From an uncultured Pseudomonadota bacterium (GTDB lineage Bacteria > Myxococcota_A > UBA796 > GCA-2862545): a stretch of DNA of 64,000 bases. Of this stretch, positions 9,461 to 16,756 are shown piece after piece. Both the position numbers and the translations under genes were made by a program. The notes under the pieces were generated by a model that was given only the letters and a program-made list of their open reading frames with translations, made no database searches and was not told the DNA's origin. Where the stretch lies: assembly GCA_913061235.1 (NCBI GenBank), contig CAJXTB010000025.1, forward strand, positions 1-64,000. The letters are read 5' to 3'. How positions within the stretch are numbered: the first letter of the stretch is position 1; each line of letters begins with the position of its first letter.

Positions 9461-11071
9461 ATGATGGACCAACCGCACAACCCGCAACTGCCCCTCACCG
9501 GTGGGCGGCTCACACTTGACGACGTCGCCGCTGTCGCTCGAAACGGTGCCCGCGTTCACCTGGCGCATGACGCCCGTCTGCGAATGGCTGCTACCCGCGC
9601 CTGGGTTGCTTCGGTCGCACGAGGGGAGTTGCTCGGAGAGGACGGCGAGCCCATGCCGGTCTACGGCGTCAACACTGGCTACGGCTCGCTGGCACGGGTC
9701 CGCCTGCCTTTAGACGCGATTCGTGAGCTGTCGTTGAACCTCGTGCGCTCGCATGCCGCGGGAATGGGTGAACCGGTCGAGCCTGAAGTCGTGCGCGCCA
9801 TGATGGTTCTGCGCGCCAACGCTCTGGCCAAAGGCGCCTCTGGATGTCGTCCTGCACTCGTTGACACGCTGTGTGAGATGCTCGCGAAGGATGTCGTCCC
9901 AGTTGTGCCGTCTCGCGGTTCTTGCGGTTCCTCCGGCGACCTCGCTCCGCTGTCCCACTTGGGCTTGGTTCTGTTCCGCGGTGAAGAAGAAGATGAAGCA
10001 TCCAGCGGCATGGCGTGGCACAAGGGCGTGATGATGTCTGGCCTCAAGGCCATGGCGGCTGCTGGCATTCCGCGCTTGATTCCGTTGCCGAAAGAAGGTC
10101 TGGCCATCTGTAATGGCGCTCAGCTGACTACGGCGTACGCCAGTTTAGCCGTACATGATGCCTCGCGACTTGCCTTAGACGCAGACATTGCCGCCTCTAT
10201 GAGCTTTGAAGCGCTGCGCGGTACGCTACGAGCTTTTCATCCAGATGTTCACGTTCTTCGGCCGTACCCGGGAGCAATGGCCAGTGCAGCGGCAGTCCGA
10301 GGGGTCACCGCGGGGTCGTCGCTGGCGGATTCGCTGCCTGAAAAGGTCCAAGATGCCTACTCATTGCGCTGTGTTCCGCAGGTTCACGGGTCCGTTCGGG
10401 ATGGCTTGCGGTTCGTACGTAGCCAGGTCGAGATTGAGCTGAACTCGGCAACGGACAATCCCATCTTCCTGCTCAATGACCCGTCCGCGAACAAGGCATT
10501 CTCTGCCGGATTGTTCCATGGCGAGCCGATTGGGCTTGCCGCAGACCACCTGCGCTTGGTGTTGTGCGAGCTGGCTGCTATCAGTGAGCGACGCATTTAC
10601 CGCCTTGCTACCGGCACGCTGTCTGCACGCTTGCCGCCGCTATTGGTTCAGAAGGACCGGCCTGGCCTCGGCCTGCTCGCACCGCAGGCGACCGCTGCGG
10701 CCTTGGTCGCTGAGTGCCGGAGCCTGGGCTGGCCGGCTGGATCTGACTCCATTCCCACCTGTGAAGACCAAGAAGACATGGTGGCTATGTCGACGACCGC
10801 TGCGCGTCGGGCTTGGCAGGTGATGCAGTCTGCACGGCGTGTCATCGCGATTGAGATGATGAGTGCTGCGAAGGCGCTGCGCTGGCGTCTTGAGAATGAG
10901 CCTGGCACGGTGCTCGGCATTGGTACTGCTGCCGCCTACCACTGCATTGTGGCTGGACAGACGGACGACATGACGCCGTCCAAACGAATTGAAGTCGTCG
11001 AGGCCATTCTGGCGTCTGGAGACGTCCTACAGGCCGTTGTTACTGCCGGCGTACCGCTGGAGGTGGCATGA
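9461..11071 (+). CDS. histidine/phenylalanine/tyrosine ammonia-lyase family enzyme (MIO family), with Ser-Ser-Gly at the MIO position
   Basis: Full-length HAL/PAL signatures: YGVNTGYG Tyr loop, GSCGSSGDLAPLSH (aligns to GSVGASGDLAPLAH), YSLRCVPQVHG, EIELNSATDNPIF, CEDQEDMVAMS. AAGGA RBS. Confidence 0.85.
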   Translation: MMDQPHNPQLPLTGGRLTLDDVAAVARNGARVHLAHDARLRMAATRAWVASVARGELLGEDGEPMPVYGVNTGYGSLARVRLPLDAIRELSLNLVRSHAAGMGEPVEPEVVRAMMVLRANALAKGASGCRPALVDTLCEMLAKDVVPVVPSRGSCGSSGDLAPLSHLGLVLFRGEEEDEASSGMAWHKGVMMSGLKAMAAAGIPRLIPLPKEGLAICNGAQLTTAYASLAVHDASRLALDADIAASMSFEALRGTLRAFHPDVHVLRPYPGAMASAAAVRGVTAGSSLADSLPEKVQDAYSLRCVPQVHGSVRDGLRFVRSQVEIELNSATDNPIFLLNDPSANKAFSAGLFHGEPIGLAADHLRLVLCELAAISERRIYRLATGTLSARLPPLLVQKDRPGLGLLAPQATAAALVAECRSLGWPAGSDSIPTCEDQEDMVAMSTTAARRAWQVMQSARRVIAIEMMSAAKALRWRLENEPGTVLGIGTAAAYHCIVAGQTDDMTPSKRIEVVEAILASGDVLQAVVTAGVPLEVA

Positions 11072-12525
11072 CAACCCAAATTGATGGTGAGACCCTCACG
11101 ACTGCTGGTATTCATGCCATTGCAGGTGGTGCCGGGGCCTCGCTGAGTGCTTCGGCCCGCGCGCGAATGGAAGCGACCTCTCCCTTCGCGGAGCCCGTCC
11201 TACGTCAGAAGTGGGAGTGGTTGGTCGGTGGGGACGCCCCAGAAGACGACGCTGAGCTCATGACGTCGTTTGTCCACGGTCACTGTGCCGGCGTTGGAGC
11301 CCCGCTTCCTGCCCCTTTGGTTCGTGCGACGCTTGCTGCGCGTGCGAACGTTCTTGCGAAGGGCTTCTCAGGTGTCCGTCCGATGGTCGTAGACGGCGTG
11401 CTGCGGCTGCTGCAAGACAATGTGATTCCGAAAGTCCCACGCCAAGGGTCTGTTGGCACTGCTGGGTGTCCAGCCCTGTCGCATATGGCGTCAGTGGTCC
11501 TGGGATTCGGTGGAGAGGCGTGGGTCTCGGGTGAACTGCAGTGCGTTGGCACATCCTATTTGGAGCATGCACCGACCCAAAAGGAGGTGTTGTCCCTCAT
11601 CAACGGGTCCACGCTGACCACCGCTCTCGCCGCCATCGCGGTTGAGCGCAGTCGTCGCATCCTAGATGTCGCCATGAAGGCGGCAGCGATGTCCTTCGAG
11701 GTCGTCCGTGCCGACACCAGCTGCCTAGACGCCGACGTCTTGGCCCTGCGTGGACAGCCGGGCGGTGTCGTCGTCGCTGAACGGCTGCTTGCGGAGCTCT
11801 CCGGCAGCGGCATTGTGGGGGCTTGGCGTACGCCGGATGCCTTCTGTATTCGCTGTACGCCAGCGGTTCTGGGTGCCGCATACGACGCTGTTGAGGCCAC
11901 AGCAGCGATTATCAATCGCGAGCTCAACGGCGCCTGCGACAACCCCTTGGTACTGCCTGATGGGCGGGTCATTGAGGCCGGTAACTTCCACGCAGCGCCT
12001 ATTGCGCTCGCGCTCGACCACCTGAAGATTGCCATGGCGCAGGTCGCCGGGATCTCAGAGCGTCGAACCTTCCGTATGACGCATGGTCAACTCTCCGGAC
12101 TTCCCAGCTATCTGGCGGAATCCACGGGGTTGAACAGCGGTCTGATGCTCGCCCAGTACACGGCAGCGTCTCGAACTTCGGAGACCAAGGGCTTGGCGCA
12201 TCCGGCCTCGGTCGACACCATTCCCACGATTCAGCACCGCGAAGACCACGTCTCCATGGGGCCCGGCGCGGCGTACATGGCACTCGAGCTACTCGAAGCC
12301 ACCGCGGATGTTGTGGGCATTGAGCTTCTGTGCGGCGCACAGGGGGCGGACCTACACTTTGCTGCGGGCGAAGGTCCACTTGGTAAGGGTACGGCTGCGT
12401 CCCATGCCGCAGTTCGCGAGGTTGTACGCACCTGGGACCGTGACCGCGTGCTGCATCCGGACCTCGCTGCCATGTCTGCGCTGGTTCGCGGTACACGTCT
12501 GGTGGCAGACGGCCCAGCTTGGTGA
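11068..12525 (+). CDS. divergent HAL/PAL-family paralog lacking the MIO Ser and the Tyr loop (probable pseudo-enzyme or altered function)
   Basis: Retains NGACDNPLV, GNFHAAPIA, ISERR and QHREDHVSMG. Has GSVGTAGCPALSHM (Thr-Ala-Gly, one residue shorter) instead of ASG, and no YGxNTGFG loop. Start overlaps the upstream stop (ATGA). Confidence 0.75.
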   Translation: MTTQIDGETLTTAGIHAIAGGAGASLSASARARMEATSPFAEPVLRQKWEWLVGGDAPEDDAELMTSFVHGHCAGVGAPLPAPLVRATLAARANVLAKGFSGVRPMVVDGVLRLLQDNVIPKVPRQGSVGTAGCPALSHMASVVLGFGGEAWVSGELQCVGTSYLEHAPTQKEVLSLINGSTLTTALAAIAVERSRRILDVAMKAAAMSFEVVRADTSCLDADVLALRGQPGGVVVAERLLAELSGSGIVGAWRTPDAFCIRCTPAVLGAAYDAVEATAAIINRELNGACDNPLVLPDGRVIEAGNFHAAPIALALDHLKIAMAQVAGISERRTFRMTHGQLSGLPSYLAESTGLNSGLMLAQYTAASRTSETKGLAHPASVDTIPTIQHREDHVSMGPGAAYMALELLEATADVVGIELLCGAQGADLHFAAGEGPLGKGTAASHAAVREVVRTWDRDRVLHPDLAAMSALVRGTRLVADGPAW

Positions 12526-12547
12526 GCCTGTACAGGGGCGAGTGCCG

Positions 12548-13969
12548 CTAGCCCCCGTGATGAACCGCAGGTAGCCGCGTGTCCAAGTCCCATTCGGGGT
12601 CCCATGCCTGCGTGTGACACGACGTACAGATCGCCTCCAGCACACACACAGGGCAGCTCTCGCCGAGTCCCTCAATGTTGTCGCTTCCGCCACCTGCGGC
12701 AACATGGCGCTCACCGGGACCGTGGCAGCTCTCGCAGCCAACGGACTCGTCGGTCTTGAAGCCAGCGAGCTCGCTCGGCGGTGGGCCGGAGCGTGTTGGA
12801 GAGGCGTGGCAGCTGACACAGGCCACGTTGTTGGCGGCGTCTGGGTGTTCGGCGACCACTTCAGGCTTGGACAGGGTGGCCATGGCTTGGCCGTGGGGAG
12901 AGTCTTTCCACCATGCGTGCTCGGACTCGTGGCAGCTCTGGCATTGGTCCGAGCCGACGAAGGCGCCGTCTTCAAAGGCCAAGAGCGTGCGCGGTGCGGT
13001 GCCCTCGTACAGTGCGGTCCGGGCTTCGCGGTAGGTGGCGTCGTCCATGGCCGATGCCCGGTAGTGGTCAATGAGGGGCAGGCCCTTTTCGTAGGTGAAG
13101 GCGATTGAGTGGTCGGCGTCGTGGCAGCTCTCGCAGGTGCTCTGGGGCTCCACTCTCTGGCCGTCGTGTGGGCCGCCCGCGCTGTGACAGGACTCGCAGC
13201 CTACGTTGACCAGGTCGCTCGTCGCAGACCCGTCCCAACCTGTTGGGAGGCCCGCTCCGGTGACGTGGCAGCTCGTACACTTGTCGTTGGTGGTCTCTTC
13301 GTGCTTGACCAGGGTGTTCCACGCGAGGGAGTGGTGAGACAAGCCATAGGAGGCGGCTTCTTCGGTGTGGCAGGTCGCGCAGACGTTGGTGCCCTGGAAC
13401 TCGCCTTCACGGAACGCAGCGAACGGGTCGCCAGCGATACGGCCCTCGACAAAGGCGTCGTAGCCAGGGGAGTAGGGGTAGAAAGCATCCACTACTTCGA
13501 AGCCGTCGTCTACACGCTGGACCAGCAGGGCCGACGGCGTGCTGCGAATGCCCAGGATGGTCCCGATGTCGCGCATGGTGTCTGGGATGATGTCGTAGGG
13601 GACGTTGTACTCTTGGGCGTACACGTTGATCTGCCCCTGAGTCGCGCGTCCACCGGCAATACCGACGACGTCAGCGGTGCGGCCCAGTCGCTCCGACAGT
13701 GCATTGAGCTCGGGCTGAACGTGTTGGCAGTGAGGGCAGGTGGGCGAGAAGTAGACGAGCAGCGTTGGTTTGCGCTTGATCTGGCTGGCCAGCGCATCTG
13801 GGAACTGCAACACCATGCTCTCGGTCTGGCCCGCGATGACGGTTCCGGCGTTGGCTGCGGGGGTACCGCGGTGCCAGCCACGGGAATCGAGGTCCGTCGC
13901 TAAGACCACGCCAATCAGCACCAGAGCGGACACAGTGAACAACAGCAAGAAGCGGCGGGAAGACGTCAT
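12548..13969 (-). CDS. membrane-anchored thioredoxin-fold (CPHC) / octaheme cytochrome c fusion protein
   Basis: N-terminal TM segment (FLLLFTVSALVLIGVVLA). Trx-like region with YFSPTCPHCQH. Eight CxxCH motifs: CATCH, CTSCH, CESCH x3, CQSCH, CVSCH, CTSCH. The longer start at 14017 was rejected in favour of MTSSRR at 13969. Confidence 0.75.
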   Translation of the reverse strand: MTSSRRFLLLFTVSALVLIGVVLATDLDSRGWHRGTPAANAGTVIAGQTESMVLQFPDALASQIKRKPTLLVYFSPTCPHCQHVQPELNALSERLGRTADVVGIAGGRATQGQINVYAQEYNVPYDIIPDTMRDIGTILGIRSTPSALLVQRVDDGFEVVDAFYPYSPGYDAFVEGRIAGDPFAAFREGEFQGTNVCATCHTEEAASYGLSHHSLAWNTLVKHEETTNDKCTSCHVTGAGLPTGWDGSATSDLVNVGCESCHSAGGPHDGQRVEPQSTCESCHDADHSIAFTYEKGLPLIDHYRASAMDDATYREARTALYEGTAPRTLLAFEDGAFVGSDQCQSCHESEHAWWKDSPHGQAMATLSKPEVVAEHPDAANNVACVSCHASPTRSGPPPSELAGFKTDESVGCESCHGPGERHVAAGGGSDNIEGLGESCPVCVLEAICTSCHTQAWDPEWDLDTRLPAVHHGG

Positions 13970-14038
13970 GGGCTCTCGGTGGGCAGGCAGGGGCGACAAC
14001 ACGCGGTGGGACCACATTGTTGCACAGAAGACTGGACT

Positions 14039-16756
14039 CTACGGGGCGCTTCGCAGACGTGCCGCTTCGCGGGCCTCGCGCTCCGCTTCTCGTGCGTCTC
14101 GTTCGGCTTCCTTGCGCGCCTGTTCTGCATCTCGCGCAGCCTGGAGCTCTTCGATGTACACCGCGCGAAGCTCTTCGAGGTGCCGCCGGTCCCAACTGCG
14201 AGAGGGGTCTGCCACGAGTACCTGCTCGTAGGAACGCACTGCAGCGCGTTGGTTACCTGCGTCTGCGAGGCGTTCGGCTTCGGTCACCCACACATCAGCA
14301 AGGGCTTCCCCTATGCGGATGAGGTCGCGATTTCGTGGCGACCAGGCACGGGCTTGCTGCAGTAAGGCAGTGGCTTGTTCGGGCTCGGCCGTCTCTGCCT
14401 GTGAGGCGTAGCAGCTGGCCAATCCATCCCGAATCCTGTCGTCTTGGTCTTGTCGGTAGGGATGGTCGTTTGCAAGGTGGCGTCGGCCGTCGCTCCACAA
14501 CATCTCCGCCGGCTCACAGCGCATTGCCGTCAGCAGCTCGTCTACGCGAACGAGCGCACCGTCGTATCCGGCAACCATTGTGGCCTCGTCGGTGACGGTG
14601 ATGTCGCGTACCCATCGGGCCTCACCCTCCAACACCCTGGGGGTGTGGGTGACGGGAGTGGCACCAACGGGGCTTGCTGGCCAGACACCCTGGGCCTCAT
14701 CGACGCCGAACACGTACAGGCCAATGTCGTAGCGGCCTTCGGGCAAGTCCGTTGGAATGTCGATCCGGTGACGGCCGACCATCTCCTCGGTCTTGCGCCA
14801 GCGGGAGAAGGGGATGTAGTCGTAGGCCGGTGGGACTTCTACAACGTGTGTGGTCTCGTCATTGGCCAGGAACAAGAAGGCACGGAAACCGTCCGAACGA
14901 GTGGTCCGTCGCCAGCTCAACTCCACGAACAGCTCGCCGCCAGGCATCACGGACTTCACCGGAATGTCGAATCGGTTGAGCATCACAGCGCGTCCAAAAC
15001 GAACCAGGCTGTTGCTGCGGTCTGCACGCTCGACGAAGTGGTCGCGGTGAACGTGGTTGCCCTCGTGAACGCTGTACACGGACACGGGGAAGGCGGGGAC
15101 TTCTACGTAGTTGTCCCACCCATCATGGTGACGCATCTTGGTGCGGCTTGCCCAACTTGCGTGGACATGCGCGAAGGTTGGATTGCGTGCGTCGTACACG
15201 TACTCGTCGATGAAGTCGAGCTGCCAGTGGTTGTGGCCCATAGGTACGTCTACTAGGCCGGCCATGTCGACAATCTGCGGGCCGAACCACCACAAGTGAG
15301 CGCCCATGTCGACGTCCATGATGGTGGCGTTGTCGATGTTGAGGCGGTCTTGAACACCCTGCATGTACTGGACGCGTCGGTGGACATCGTACGGTGTGGT
15401 GACGGGCATGGAGACCAGCAGCACGGCGTGGACGGCGTCAGGAATGAGCAGGCCGGCGAGCAGGAGACCCGTCGCCCAGGTTCGTGCGCGTGGGCTGTTG
15501 AGCACCTCGACAACGGCATGAACACCACTGGCCAGGACAACGGAGATTGGGACGATGGCCATGGACACCCAGCGCCAGCCGCGCATCCAGTCGCCACCCG
15601 AGTACAGGGCAAAGAACAGAACGGTGCAGCCCATCAGCCAGGCGAGAACCCGGGGGGCGTCCTTTTCGCGGTCGATGGCTACGGCCGGAACCAGCAAGAC
15701 CATGGCGGCCAACCAGACGACGCGCCCACGTACCAACAGGTCCGGCTCATCCCAGCGCTTGCCCCAGTCATCTCCACCGAGCTCGAGGGCCTTCATCAGC
15801 TCACTCGGCCAAGAGATGCCCAGCGCAATCAGGATGACGGTGACAAGAGCGAGTCCCAAGCCCACGCGGCCGCGCCAGGAGCGAACGCCGGTGATGCCGA
15901 GCAAGAACAACGGGGCGACAAAGCCGCGACCGTGTCCCAAGAACCATCCGCGCAGGTAGTCCCAGCCGCGTTTGTCCCATTCCATAGGCTGGAAGCGGGC
16001 TTGTTCACCTAGCTTTGCGTAGTAGGTATTCGGGAATTCCCAGGCGAAGTACGCGTAGCGCCACCCGTGCCACAGCAGCAGTGGAATGAGCAGGAAGACG
16101 CCCCAGGACACGGCCCAGGTCATGGCTTTTCGCCAGCCCATTCGGAACGCGAAGGCCCAGCCGGTCAGTCCAGCCACTGCCACGTACATGGGGGCTTCGG
16201 GACGGGTCATGGCGAGTGCAGCGAACCATAGGGCGGACCAAGGCTTGCCGCCTTCCGTGACTTCGCGCAGCATGGCTACACAGCCTGCGGCCAGGAAGAA
16301 GCTGAAGAAGGCGTTCTCAAGACCGGAGGCACACCAGTTGGCGTGCTGAGGGGACATGGCCAGTAGCAATGGAACGAGCGCTGACCACCGTCCGAGCGGA
16401 AGCATGCGCTTTCCCCACTGTCCGCCAACAACGATGGTTGCTGCGCCGAAGAGGGCTCCCAAGAGCTTGCTCGCGACCCATGGACCCACGCCGACAACGC
16501 GCAATGCAGCCAGGGCGAGGGTCCATGTAGGATTCGAGAAGCCTTCGACGCGCTCGCCACCAATGTAGGTAACGAAGCCGTCGCCAAGGGCGAAGTTGCG
16601 CGCGTAGGCGAAGGTAATGGCGGCGTCTTCGACGAACCAAGCCGAGTACCAGGCGTAGTGGAACAAGAACAGCGCCACACAGAGCATGGTTGCGTGGTGG
16701 TGGATGCGTCCAGCCGCAGTCAGGCCATCCCACCAGTTCACAACACGCGTCTTCAC
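14039..16756 (-). CDS. GT-C fold membrane glycosyltransferase (ArnT/PMT/TMTC-like) with a large His-rich periplasmic C-terminal domain and a TPR-like/coiled tail
   Basis: 905 aa. About 12 predicted TM helices. First-loop acidic motif FVEDAAITFAYARNFALGDG resembles the ArnT/PMT DE...Y..AR motif. C-terminal domain VDVPMGHNHW..HVHASW..HVHRDHF. Tail is EAERDAREAEREAREAARL. Confidence 0.6.
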   Translation of the reverse strand: MKTRVVNWWDGLTAAGRIHHHATMLCVALFLFHYAWYSAWFVEDAAITFAYARNFALGDGFVTYIGGERVEGFSNPTWTLALAALRVVGVGPWVASKLLGALFGAATIVVGGQWGKRMLPLGRWSALVPLLLAMSPQHANWCASGLENAFFSFFLAAGCVAMLREVTEGGKPWSALWFAALAMTRPEAPMYVAVAGLTGWAFAFRMGWRKAMTWAVSWGVFLLIPLLLWHGWRYAYFAWEFPNTYYAKLGEQARFQPMEWDKRGWDYLRGWFLGHGRGFVAPLFLLGITGVRSWRGRVGLGLALVTVILIALGISWPSELMKALELGGDDWGKRWDEPDLLVRGRVVWLAAMVLLVPAVAIDREKDAPRVLAWLMGCTVLFFALYSGGDWMRGWRWVSMAIVPISVVLASGVHAVVEVLNSPRARTWATGLLLAGLLIPDAVHAVLLVSMPVTTPYDVHRRVQYMQGVQDRLNIDNATIMDVDMGAHLWWFGPQIVDMAGLVDVPMGHNHWQLDFIDEYVYDARNPTFAHVHASWASRTKMRHHDGWDNYVEVPAFPVSVYSVHEGNHVHRDHFVERADRSNSLVRFGRAVMLNRFDIPVKSVMPGGELFVELSWRRTTRSDGFRAFLFLANDETTHVVEVPPAYDYIPFSRWRKTEEMVGRHRIDIPTDLPEGRYDIGLYVFGVDEAQGVWPASPVGATPVTHTPRVLEGEARWVRDITVTDEATMVAGYDGALVRVDELLTAMRCEPAEMLWSDGRRHLANDHPYRQDQDDRIRDGLASCYASQAETAEPEQATALLQQARAWSPRNRDLIRIGEALADVWVTEAERLADAGNQRAAVRSYEQVLVADPSRSWDRRHLEELRAVYIEELQAARDAEQARKEAERDAREAEREAREAARLRSAP

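Noticed and set aside
11556-16012. Numerous 90-270-aa ORFs antisense to the HAL-like, cytochrome and GT-C genes (e.g. 11556..12035, 12352..13071, 13109..13903, 14444..15256, 15296..16012)
   Set aside because: All lie within and opposite genes that have strong domain evidence. They show typical Arg/Ala/Pro/Gly shadow composition.
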